From positions 128,001 through 192,000 of the forward strand of contig CBDUPA010000007.1 in the NCBI GenBank assembly GCA_965368975.1: a stretch of 64,000 bases of DNA, written 5' to 3'. The notes beneath the pieces are model-generated. The model was not told the DNA's origin. It made no database searches and worked only from the letters and a program-made list of their open reading frames with translations. Positions 46,693 to 55,831 of the stretch are shown in pieces; positions within the stretch are counted from its first letter, which is position 1; each line of letters starts with the position of its first letter. Made by a program: the position numbers and the translations under genes. Source of the DNA: an uncultured bacterium (lineage in GTDB: Bacteria; Acidobacteriota; Thermoanaerobaculia; Multivoradales; JAHZIX01).

Positions 46693-49600
46693 ATGGAGTC
46701 TCACGAGCAGGAGAAGCGACCGTCGGACCAAGGGCAAGAGCAGCACGGCCAGGACGAGGCCGCGCTGCAGGTCGGCTTGGAGGATAACGCTCGGGTCGAG
46801 CGGCCTTTCCGATACCAGAACCTGATGAAGCATTTGGTGCGGGATATCCTGATGGTGGCCAGCGCCTACGACTGTTTCATCCTGGAGGAGGACGGCCGTT
46901 TCGCCGACCGCCTGCTCAACCAGTACGTGGAACTCGATCTCTCTTCGCCTCCGCACTTCCGTCACGTCGCGTCGGCACGCGAGGCCCTGGAGCTGGTGCG
47001 CAGTGAGCGCTTCGACCTGGTCCTGACGACGCCGCACTGCGCCGACATGCGCGCCGAGCGGCTGGCCGCGCAGCTGGCGGCTGAGCATTCCCATCTGCCG
47101 GTGGCGATGCTCACTTACGATCAGAGCGACGCCCTGCGCTACAGCCAAATGCCGCGCTCGGCCGGCATCGACGAGACCTTCCTGTGGACCGGCGACCCCA
47201 AGCTGTTGGTGGCCCTGGTCAAGTCGATCGAAGACCACCGCAATGTCGACCGCGACACCCGCGAGGGCATGGTGCGGGTGATCTTGTTGGTCGAGGACTC
47301 GCCGTCCTTCTACTCGTCCTATCTGCCGATCATCTACGGTGAGGTCGTCGCGCAGTTCCAGTCCTTGCTCGCCGAGCGGCTCAACGAGCGCGACCGCCGT
47401 CATCGCATGCGCGCGCGCCCGAAGATCTTGCTGGCGCGCAACTGGGAAGAGGCGGTGGATCTTTTTCATCGCTACAACGAGTTCTTGCTCGGCACGATCT
47501 GCGACATGCGGTTCCCGCGCGGTGGTCGTCTGGACCCCGACGCCGGTCGTGACTTCATCCGCTTGGTCCGCGAGAAACAGGCCGATGCGCCGGTGCTGCT
47601 GCAGTCCGGCGAGGCGGGGCACGCCAAGGTGGCGCGGGAGCTGAAGGTGCACTTCGCGGACAAGAACTCAAAGGAGTTGCTGGCCAGCCTCGGCGAGTTC
47701 ATCCGCAACAATTTCGGCTTCGGCCCCTTCCGGTTTCAACTGCCCGGCGGCAAGAAGATCGCCGTGGCGGCGGACATGGAATCGATGGTCGAGGCGCTGC
47801 GCACGGTTCCCGACGCCTCTTTGCTGTTCCACGGCCGTGGCAACCACATCTCGAACTGGCTGATGGCGCGCAGTGAATTCGGACTGGCGCAGGAAGTTCG
47901 TCCCAAGAAGGTGGGAGACTTCCCGACCACCGCCGACATGCGGACCTACCTGGTGAACAGCTTCAGTCACCACCTGGAGACACGCCAGCGCGGCGAGATC
48001 GCCGAGTTCGCGCGACATTCAGTGTCGATCACGCGTGAGTTCAGTCGCTTGGGCAGCGGGTCGATGGGCGGCAAGGGTCGTGGTATCGCTTTTCTCAGCC
48101 ATCTGCTGGTGGAGCGCGGCGTGCAGAGTCGCTATCCGGAAGTGCGCGTGCGCGTGCCGCGCACGGTGGTGATCGGTACCGACCTCTTCGATCGCTTCTG
48201 CGAGCACAAGAACCTACGCCAGCGGGCGCTCGAAGCCGAGAACGATCAGCAGGTCGTGCAACTGTTTCTGCAGCAGCCGTTGCCCAAGGAACTGGATGAA
48301 GATCTCGACGTGATCCTGGGGCAGATGGACGTGCCGATCGCGGTGCGTTCGTCGAGTCTGCACGAGGACTCCGAGTCCCTGCCGCTCGCCGGCCTTTTCA
48401 AGAGCTACATGCTGCCCAACTGCTCGCACTCGGACCGCGTGCGCAAGAGGCAGCTGAGTCGCGCCATCCGGCTGATCTATGCCACGCCCTTCTTGCACCC
48501 GGTGCGCTCCTACCTCGAGGCCAGTGCTCTGCGCGTGGAGGAAGAAAAGATGGCGGTGATCATCCAGGCCCTCGTCGGCCGCCGCCACGGCGACTACTTC
48601 TATCCCGATTTCGCCGGTGTCGCCCAGTCGTACAACTACTATCCGCTGCGTTTCATACAGCCCGACGATGGCATTGCCACCGTGGCTCTCGGCCTTGGGC
48701 AGACCATCGTCCGTGGGCGCAAGGCGCTGCGTTTCAGTCCGCGCTATCCGCGCATCCTGCCGCAGATGTCGACTCCCCAAGACGCTCTGCGCGCGTCGCA
48801 GCGCCAGTTCTTTGCCCTCGACCTGTCGGACAGCGAACTGGAGCCGCAGGTCGATGAGGACGCGCACTTGGTCACCTTCGGGCTCGAAGTTGCCGAGGAG
48901 CACGGAACACTCGAGGCGCTGGGCGCTACCTACTCGCCGGACAATGACGCCATCTACGACACCATCTACCGCGACGGGGCTCGCCTGGTGAACTTCGCTG
49001 GTGTCCTCAAGCACGGTCGCTTTCCGCTGGCACCTCTGCTCACCGACCTGCTGGCGATGGGACAGGAAGGCATGGGGATGCCAATCGAGATGGAGTTTGC
49101 GGTCACCCTGCCCGCGGACAAGAACGCCGAGACCAGCTCTCCGCCCGAGATCGCGCTGCTGCAGCTGCGGCCGCTGGTGACGCAGAGCGGCGACCGCCAG
49201 GTCGACATCGACGAGTTGCCCGAGGATCGCGTGCCGCTGATCGTCGGAACGGCGTTGGGCAACGGCGTCATCCGAGGGATTCGTGACGTTGTCTACGTCA
49301 ATCCTGACCTGCGCTTCGAGGCCGACCACAACCGCCGCTTGGCGCGCCAGATCGAGGTGCTCAACCATCGCTTGTCGCAGGCGTCGCGTCCCTACATCCT
49401 GATCGGCCCCGGCCGCTGGGGTACCGCTGACCCGTGGCTCGGCATCCCAGTGACCTGGGCCCAGGTCTCGGCCGCGCGCGTGATCGTCGAATTGGAACTG
49501 CCCGGGTCGCACATCGACGCCTCGCAGGGCACCCACTTCTTCCACAATCTGACGTCGCTACGCATTGGTTACTTCGGTGTCGATCTCGGCAACTCCGTGC

Positions 49601-49758
49601 ACTACATTGACCTGGACTGGTTGCACAGCCTCAAGAGTGACGCCGGAGCCGGCTTTCTGCACTACGTGGAACTGCCAGAGGAAGTCGAGGTGCACATCGA
49701 CGGCCGCACCGGACGTGGCGTCGTGGTGCGCGTTCCCGCCGCCGAAACCCTCACATGA
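46693..49758 (+). CDS. REC-like domains + PEP synthase/PPDK ATP-binding domain protein
   Basis: N-terminal receiver-like segments (ILLVEDSP); GGKGRG, IAVRSSSLHED, EEKMAVIIQ, ALGLG, IEMEFA; C-terminal SQGTHFFHNL. Confidence 0.82.
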   Translation: MESHEQEKRPSDQGQEQHGQDEAALQVGLEDNARVERPFRYQNLMKHLVRDILMVASAYDCFILEEDGRFADRLLNQYVELDLSSPPHFRHVASAREALELVRSERFDLVLTTPHCADMRAERLAAQLAAEHSHLPVAMLTYDQSDALRYSQMPRSAGIDETFLWTGDPKLLVALVKSIEDHRNVDRDTREGMVRVILLVEDSPSFYSSYLPIIYGEVVAQFQSLLAERLNERDRRHRMRARPKILLARNWEEAVDLFHRYNEFLLGTICDMRFPRGGRLDPDAGRDFIRLVREKQADAPVLLQSGEAGHAKVARELKVHFADKNSKELLASLGEFIRNNFGFGPFRFQLPGGKKIAVAADMESMVEALRTVPDASLLFHGRGNHISNWLMARSEFGLAQEVRPKKVGDFPTTADMRTYLVNSFSHHLETRQRGEIAEFARHSVSITREFSRLGSGSMGGKGRGIAFLSHLLVERGVQSRYPEVRVRVPRTVVIGTDLFDRFCEHKNLRQRALEAENDQQVVQLFLQQPLPKELDEDLDVILGQMDVPIAVRSSSLHEDSESLPLAGLFKSYMLPNCSHSDRVRKRQLSRAIRLIYATPFLHPVRSYLEASALRVEEEKMAVIIQALVGRRHGDYFYPDFAGVAQSYNYYPLRFIQPDDGIATVALGLGQTIVRGRKALRFSPRYPRILPQMSTPQDALRASQRQFFALDLSDSELEPQVDEDAHLVTFGLEVAEEHGTLEALGATYSPDNDAIYDTIYRDGARLVNFAGVLKHGRFPLAPLLTDLLAMGQEGMGMPIEMEFAVTLPADKNAETSSPPEIALLQLRPLVTQSGDRQVDIDELPEDRVPLIVGTALGNGVIRGIRDVVYVNPDLRFEADHNRRLARQIEVLNHRLSQASRPYILIGPGRWGTADPWLGIPVTWAQVSAARVIVELELPGSHIDASQGTHFFHNLTSLRIGYFGVDLGNSVHYIDLDWLHSLKSDAGAGFLHYVELPEEVEVHIDGRTGRGVVVRVPAAETLT

Positions 49759-51956
49759 GCGACGCTCTTTCTGTTGCGGGGCGCGTCCTCGTCCTCGGTT
49801 CCGGCTCGGCAGCGCGAGCGATCCAGCGACTGCTCGCCGACGCCAGTTTCGCGCACGTGCAGGCACAACCGGAGTTGGCACCGGCCTCCCTAGCCGATGC
49901 CGATCTCGTCATCTGCGTTTTTGGTGTCGACACCCCTGCGGCGATCGCACACGGTGTCGAGCAAGCCTGCCTGGACGCCGGTACTCCCTGCCTCTTCGTC
50001 GGTCCCCTGGGGGATGAGCTCGCGGTCGGCCCGCTGGTCCGGCGTGCGGTGGCGCGGCGCGGCGGAGGTTGTTCGTCCTGCCTGGAGCGTCCGCCCTGGC
50101 CCGACTTGTTGCACGCCGCGAAGATGTCTGCGTATACGGAGCAACTCGCAGCAGCCGTAGCGCTACGCGAGGCTCACCGGCTGTTGGTTCTGGGGGCGCA
50201 AGGTGAATTGGTCGCCAAGCGTACTCTGCTCGATGCGCAAGGGCGCTCCCGTCTCGAACGCTTGGCCCACCGCCCCGGCTGTGCACGCTGCGGCACGCCC
50301 GCGACCGTCGAACTGCACCGTCTCGCCGACCTGCATCGCGCCGCCGAGCGCTTCGTACAGCCTACGCGGCGCCGCGTCACGGATCCCGCTTCCGGAAGGT
50401 CCACTGGAGAACCAAGGGTGCGCCGCGTAGGCATCCTGGGTGGTGGTAGCGCCGGCTACCTTGCCGCGTTGGTCTTGCGCCGCAAGCTGCCGAGCGTCGA
50501 GGTGACGGTAATCGCGTCCTCGGACATCCCCGTCATCGGCGTCGGCGAAGCCAGCACACCGCTGCTGCCGGCCCTATTGCATGGCACCCTCGGCCTCGAT
50601 CTCCCCGACTTCTTCCGTCGTGCCCAGCCGACGCTCAAGCTGGGTATTCACTTCGACTGGGGATCGCAGGTAGGGGCCGGCTTTCACTATCCCTTCGACC
50701 GCGGTCCGCTACTCGAATCCCTGCACTACGAAGGCCACATCAACGCGTACTGTCCGTCGTCCCTGCTCATGACCGCTGGCCGTGCTCCCTTGCTGCGCCT
50801 GGGCGATGGCTCCTTGCGCTGGCTCGGTGCGCCGTTCGCCTACCACGTCGACAATCGCCGCTTCGTCCACTACCTCCAAGAGGAGGCCGAGCGCGCCGGT
50901 GTCACGACGCTGGACCGGCTCGTCGAGCGCGCCGACGTCGGGGAACTGGCGGAGGGTGAGAAGGTCGTCGAGGCGTTGTACACCGACCGTGGCGAGTGTC
51001 TCGAAGCCGACCTATGGATCGACGCGTCCGGCTTCCGCTCGTTCCTGCTCGGCGATGTCCTCGAGGTTCCCTTCGTCGATTTCGCCCCCAGCCTGTTCAC
51101 CAACGCTGCTCTCGCTGCTCCGCTGCCGCGGCCGAGGGAGGCCGAGTTACCGCCGTACACCACGGCGGCCACCTGGGACCACGGCTGGAGCTGGCGCATC
51201 CCGCAGCTGGAAGAAGACCACGTCGGCTATGTCTTCTCGACCGCTCACGCCTCTGCCGAACAGGCCGAGCGCGAGTTCCGCCAGGCCTACCCCGGCGTTG
51301 CGGATCCCCGGCTCTTGCATTTCCGGCCCGGCCGGCGTGCCAACGCGTGGGTGGGCAATGTCGTCGGACTCGGCAACGCCTACGGCTTCGTCGAACCGCT
51401 GGAGTCGACCTCGCTGCACATGATCGCCTTGACCACCGTCTTGCTCGTCCAGCACTTTCCGCAAGGCTCGACGCAGTGCCGCGACGAGCCGACATCGCGC
51501 CGCAGCTTCAATCGCTACATCGGTGATTTCTGGGACGAACTCCGCTGGTTCCTGGCGCTGCACTTCAAGTTCAACCAGCGTCGCGACACTGGGTTCTGGC
51601 GCGCTTGCCGTGCCGAGGTCGACGTCAGTGGTGCTCAGGCGACCCTCGACCTGTTCCGCGAACGTGCACCACTCTCCTACCGCCCACACCTCGAAGACTT
51701 CGATCCTCTGTGGGGTGACTTCGGGCGTGACGTGATCCTGATGGGCCAGGACGTCAAGGGTGGATGGGGGGCACCAAGGCTGAGTCCGGAGCAGTGGGCG
51801 CGGACGATGGAACACGGCCGCGCGCTCGTCGAGGCGGCGCTGCCGCATGGGGAAGTCCTGCGACTACTGCAAGAGCAGCCGGAGGTCGGCTGGCAGCTGC
51901 AGGCCGGTGCATCGTGGCTGAGTGATGCGGCGGTCGGCGGACGGCGGGGTTGGTAG
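49755..51956 (+). CDS. E1/ThiF-like (TOMM scaffold) domain fused to flavin-dependent tryptophan halogenase
   Basis: N-terminal ACLDAGTPCL...VGPLV...CSSC...RPGCARC. Halogenase GGGSAG, IGVGEAS, PTLKLGI (catalytic Lys), WSWRIP, GFVEPLEST. Confidence 0.85.
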   Translation: MSDALSVAGRVLVLGSGSAARAIQRLLADASFAHVQAQPELAPASLADADLVICVFGVDTPAAIAHGVEQACLDAGTPCLFVGPLGDELAVGPLVRRAVARRGGGCSSCLERPPWPDLLHAAKMSAYTEQLAAAVALREAHRLLVLGAQGELVAKRTLLDAQGRSRLERLAHRPGCARCGTPATVELHRLADLHRAAERFVQPTRRRVTDPASGRSTGEPRVRRVGILGGGSAGYLAALVLRRKLPSVEVTVIASSDIPVIGVGEASTPLLPALLHGTLGLDLPDFFRRAQPTLKLGIHFDWGSQVGAGFHYPFDRGPLLESLHYEGHINAYCPSSLLMTAGRAPLLRLGDGSLRWLGAPFAYHVDNRRFVHYLQEEAERAGVTTLDRLVERADVGELAEGEKVVEALYTDRGECLEADLWIDASGFRSFLLGDVLEVPFVDFAPSLFTNAALAAPLPRPREAELPPYTTAATWDHGWSWRIPQLEEDHVGYVFSTAHASAEQAEREFRQAYPGVADPRLLHFRPGRRANAWVGNVVGLGNAYGFVEPLESTSLHMIALTTVLLVQHFPQGSTQCRDEPTSRRSFNRYIGDFWDELRWFLALHFKFNQRRDTGFWRACRAEVDVSGAQATLDLFRERAPLSYRPHLEDFDPLWGDFGRDVILMGQDVKGGWGAPRLSPEQWARTMEHGRALVEAALPHGEVLRLLQEQPEVGWQLQAGASWLSDAAVGGRRGW

Positions 51957-52030
51957 CGCGGGCGACCAGGTTGGGCACCAGGAGGGCTTGGATAGACGCT
52001 CTCGTCGCACCCTGCGTATGCTATTTAGAC

Positions 52031-52105
52031 ATGAACCTGGCAATCTCCTCGATCGTCGCTTCGCTGGCACGCTAGCCGTCAGCGGAGCGGCGGTTCTCCT
52101 CGCTC
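52031..52105 (+). pseudogene. Degenerate copy of the first ~76 nt of the hydrolase gene at 53641
   Basis: ATGAACCTGGCAATCTCCTCGATCGTCGCTTCGCTGGCACGCTAGCCGTCAGCGGAGCGGCGGTTCTCCTCGCTC aligns with 53641-53716, with one 1-nt deletion and a few substitutions. Confidence 0.8.
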
Positions 52106-52343
52106 GGGAGTCGTTCTAGACCGGTGCAAGCCAGTACAGGGACACAGGAATCGAGCCAGATAGACGTCTTTCCACGCTCCAGGAAGGCGTGATAAAGTCT
52201 CATTCATCTTGATTTCATTGCGCTTTTCGGAAGTGTGTAGATTTCGGAGTCCACTTCGGAATCGCTAAGGACAATTCAGCCGAAGGCTCGCTCTCGCCCT
52301 GGTCGTCGAGGCGCTTTCGGCTGCCGATCCAAGGAGGGATCCC

Positions 52344-53516
52344 ATGAGGATGCGAGCTTCTTATCTGGCGCTAGCGGTAGTGCTCGTCGGCGTACTGTGT
52401 CTGGCGCCGATTGTTACTGCAGAGACGCAACCGACTCGTTTCCGGGTCACGAACCAGTGTACGTACGACATCTGGATCCAGCAGGACTCGACGCATCACA
52501 CGAGTGATCCGGTCGTGGTCAAGCTGGCCAAGGGCGGTTCGCCCTACGATTACGACATCCCTGCCGCAGGGCTCGCCTCGACGCGTTTCTGGGCCAAGGC
52601 GGGGTGTGACAGCACGGGCTGGAATTGCGGTGTCGGTCAGAGTGAGAGTGGCGGTGGAACCACGCAGACCATCTTCGATTCGCCGATCGATAGCAAGTTC
52701 GAAGCGACCTGGGGCTGCCTCACCTCGCCCTGTGCCACCAACCCGTCCGATGGCAAGCCGCTCGGCGCGTCGACCTATTGGGACGCCTCGGCGGTCGACG
52801 GCTTCACCTTTGCCTTCCAGGTGCTTGTCAAGAACGATCCGAGCAAGAGTTGCCTGACGCAGAGTGCGCATCCGAAGCTGGTCACCGAGATCAACTGTCA
52901 GGGTCTCGATCCCACCAAGGGCTGCCCGCATGCGAATCTGTCCAGTGCTGGCAACTTCAACCCGATCAACGGTGTCGACGTGACCGACGTGGATCTGGAG
53001 TACTACGGCTACACGGATTTCTCCAAGGTTGTCGGCTGCTTCAGCCCCTGTGAGATCTTGACCAGTGGTCAGTGGCTCGGCTGGAAAGACAAGCTCGGTG
53101 GCCTGACCCCATACTCCGACCAAGCGCAGATGTATTGTTGTCCGACCTCGGCCGGAGAGTCGTGGTCGGTGTCCGAGCAGCAGTGCAACGTCAGCGGCAA
53201 GACCATCGACGGCAAGCAGGTACCGGCGGTAGCGCCGACCATGAGCTACACCACGTCCATTCACGAGGTGTGTGGTGTGTATGCCTACGCGTATGACGAC
53301 GGCGTCGGCCTGGTGAAGTGCGACGGACCGGTGCAGTACGAGATGATCTTCTGCCCGGGTGGCAACTCGCTGCCGCAGGTGCCGCCGCGTGTGCCGGAGG
53401 TCTTCTGCGATTCCACCAACAGTCAGTCGAAGTGCCCCGGCAACGTCGATTGCCCGGCCACTGCGGCCGCCTGCGGAACCAACCCGACGATGTGCAAGTG
53501 TCCAACATCGACCTGA
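52344..53516 (+). CDS. Secreted thaumatin-like (PR-5) protein with Cys-rich C-terminal extension
   Basis: Signal peptide; VTNQCTYDIW, RFWAKAGC, KFEATW, YWDASAVDGF, GCFSPC, YCC, YAYAYDD, IFCP. Confidence 0.85.
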   Translation: MRMRASYLALAVVLVGVLCLAPIVTAETQPTRFRVTNQCTYDIWIQQDSTHHTSDPVVVKLAKGGSPYDYDIPAAGLASTRFWAKAGCDSTGWNCGVGQSESGGGTTQTIFDSPIDSKFEATWGCLTSPCATNPSDGKPLGASTYWDASAVDGFTFAFQVLVKNDPSKSCLTQSAHPKLVTEINCQGLDPTKGCPHANLSSAGNFNPINGVDVTDVDLEYYGYTDFSKVVGCFSPCEILTSGQWLGWKDKLGGLTPYSDQAQMYCCPTSAGESWSVSEQQCNVSGKTIDGKQVPAVAPTMSYTTSIHEVCGVYAYAYDDGVGLVKCDGPVQYEMIFCPGGNSLPQVPPRVPEVFCDSTNSQSKCPGNVDCPATAAACGTNPTMCKCPTST

Positions 53517-53591
53517 GCTGATCTAGCCCGATGGACCGTGGGGTTTGTGTTCTTGGGAAGTCCTGGCCGGAGGGGTGGATGACCTGCACCG

Positions 53592-53614
53592 AGGGCCTTC
53601 CGATGGACGGCCCT
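53592..53614 (+). terminator. Hairpin after thaumatin-like gene
   Basis: AGGGCC-TTCCGATGGAC-GGCCCT. Confidence 0.45.
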
Positions 53615-53640
53615 TGTGTGCCGTTCTAGGTTGACCGGGC

Positions 53641-54924
53641 ATGAACCTGACACATCTCCTGGATCGTCGCTTCGTGGGCACGCTAGTCGTCAGCGGAGCG
53701 GCGATCCTCCTCGCTCTGGGGCTCGGGCAAGGGATTCGTACCGGGTGGCTGGAACCTACCTCGACGCCGTCGACGTCTGCCGAGCCGCTGCGACCGCAGA
53801 CGCCGAGGGCGCCGTATCCTTGGATCGAACGTGATGCCGCGTTCGCCAGTGAGAGCGGCGGGGCGCGTCTGGCGGGGACGCTCGCAATACCGGCTCCTGC
53901 GACAGGCCCGGCGGTGGGGCATGTGTCGGCTCGACTGCCGGCGGTGGTGTTGGTTTCGGGAGCCGGACCGCAAGACCGTGACGGGACTTTTTTCGGGCAC
54001 AAGCGCTTTCTCGTCTGGACGTCGGCGTTGGTCGGGGCCGGGTTTGCGGTGCTGCGGCTCGACGATCGTGGCGTCGGAGCGTCGGAGGGGGTGCTGCTGG
54101 ATGCGGATCTTTCCGTTCTCGCCAGCGACGCGCTGGCAGCTGTCCAGTGGCTGCAGCGTCAGCCGGAGATAGAAGCGTCGCAGGTCGGGCTCTTGGGGGT
54201 GAGTCTCGGCGGGGTCGTCAGTGCGCTGGCGGCGGCTGAGGCTTCGGACCAGGCAGCGGTGGCGTTCCTGATCCTGGCGTCGACTCCCGGGCGTCCAGGA
54301 GCTGAGTTACTGGTGGCGCAGCAGGATCGACTGCTGGCGGCACAGGGATTGCCGGAGGTGGAACGGCAAGAGATGAGGATGCTGACCGAGACGGCGATCA
54401 GGACGGCGCGGCAGGGGAGCGGTCTCACGGAGGCCGAGAGCCGTCAACAGCTGCGACCTTTGGTACGGCGCATGGCGGAGCTGACCTCGAAGTTAGGGGG
54501 GCCGCTGTCACTAGCGCCTTCGGAGAGTGCGATCGAGCAGCAGATCGACCTTCTGCTGTCGCCGCAGATGCAGGACACGCTGTTCCTGGATCCTGCCGAC
54601 GCGCTGCGGCGGGTGCGCTGTCCGGTGCTGGTCGTGCAGGGTGAACTCGACCTGCAGGTGGACGCGGGGCTCAATGTGCCGCGCCTCGTCGAGGCGCTGG
54701 GCAGGGCATCCGGCCCCGAGGCCGGGCGCTCTGGTGACGAGGACAGGCGTGGAGTCGAGGTGCGGCGCTTTGCTGGGCTCAACCACCTGCTGCAGCCGGC
54801 GCAAACCGGCTTGCCGAGCGAGTACTCCGAGATCGAGATCACGCTGGCGCCTGACATGCTGGACGCGGTGATCGCATGGTTGCGCGCCACGGTGACGGCT
54901 GTGCAAGAGGGACCGGATGTCTGA
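53641..54924 (+). CDS. Membrane-anchored alpha/beta hydrolase (S9/S15-like)
   Basis: LAGTL, VSGAGPQDRD, DDRGVGAS, GVSLGG nucleophile, QGELDLQV, GLNHLLQ. Confidence 0.88.
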   Translation: MNLTHLLDRRFVGTLVVSGAAILLALGLGQGIRTGWLEPTSTPSTSAEPLRPQTPRAPYPWIERDAAFASESGGARLAGTLAIPAPATGPAVGHVSARLPAVVLVSGAGPQDRDGTFFGHKRFLVWTSALVGAGFAVLRLDDRGVGASEGVLLDADLSVLASDALAAVQWLQRQPEIEASQVGLLGVSLGGVVSALAAAEASDQAAVAFLILASTPGRPGAELLVAQQDRLLAAQGLPEVERQEMRMLTETAIRTARQGSGLTEAESRQQLRPLVRRMAELTSKLGGPLSLAPSESAIEQQIDLLLSPQMQDTLFLDPADALRRVRCPVLVVQGELDLQVDAGLNVPRLVEALGRASGPEAGRSGDEDRRGVEVRRFAGLNHLLQPAQTGLPSEYSEIEITLAPDMLDAVIAWLRATVTAVQEGPDV

Positions 54925-55831
54925 AGCGGTGCTGTCCACCGTCGGCCTGACACGTCGCTTTGGCTCGCTGACGGCTGTGGATGGGCTCGACATGGACGTT
55001 CCTGGCGGAGCCATCACCGGCTTCCTGGGAGCCAACGGCGCGGGCAAGACGACGACGCTGCGCATGGTACTCGGCCTGATTCGACCGCACGCCGGCGCGG
55101 TGCGTCTATTCGGGAGGCCACTCTTCCAGCGCGGGCGAGCTCGCTTGCCGGCCGGTGTGGGGGCGCTGGTCGAGATGCCGTCGCTCTATGGTCATCTCAG
55201 TGGCCGGTGCAATCTCGAGATCAGCCGGCGTTTGCTCGACCTGCCGGCGTCGCGCATCGACGCTGTGCTGGAGCGTGTCCGTCTCACGGAACATGCGGAC
55301 CGGCCGGCGGGCCAGTACTCTTTGGGTATGCGCCAGCGGCTGGGGTTGGCATTGGCGCTGCTCGGGGAACCGCGCTTGCTGATCCTCGACGAACCCACCA
55401 ACGGGCTCGATCCGGCGGGCATTCAAGAGATGCGGGACCTGATCCGCGAGCTGCCGCGGCAGGGGGTCACAGTGCTGCTGTCGAGCCACCTGCTGAGCGA
55501 GGTGGAGCAGACCGCCGACCACCTGGTGATCTTGCACCGCGGTCGGCGTGTGTTCCAGGGGGCGTGCACCGAACTGCAGGCACGGCGCCGCGCCTGCCTC
55601 GATGTCGGCGTCGATCGCGTCGAGGCGGCGACGGACCTGGTGGAGCGGGCCGGCTGGAGGGTGCTGGACACTCTGGCGGACGGGGTGCGGCTGGACGCCG
55701 AGGGTCGAGACGACAGCCGTGCTGTCTGCCGGTTGCTGGTCGAGGCGGGTCTTGAGGTTCATCGCTTGCAGGTCCGTCAGCCGAGTCTGGAGTCAATCTT
55801 TCTCGGCTTGACGGAGGATGGCGAGCCATGA
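54917..55831 (+). CDS. ABC transporter ATP-binding protein (LanF/BcrA-like)
   Basis: GANGAGKTT, YSLGMRQRL, LILDEPTNGLD, SSH. Confidence 0.92.
   Translation: MSEAVLSTVGLTRRFGSLTAVDGLDMDVPGGAITGFLGANGAGKTTTLRMVLGLIRPHAGAVRLFGRPLFQRGRARLPAGVGALVEMPSLYGHLSGRCNLEISRRLLDLPASRIDAVLERVRLTEHADRPAGQYSLGMRQRLGLALALLGEPRLLILDEPTNGLDPAGIQEMRDLIRELPRQGVTVLLSSHLLSEVEQTADHLVILHRGRRVFQGACTELQARRRACLDVGVDRVEAATDLVERAGWRVLDTLADGVRLDAEGRDDSRAVCRLLVEAGLEVHRLQVRQPSLESIFLGLTEDGEP

Noticed and set aside
51922-52119. 65-aa ORF after the halogenase as its precursor peptide
   Set aside because: Its distal part is the decayed duplicate of the hydrolase 5' end; it has no Trp or leader motif.
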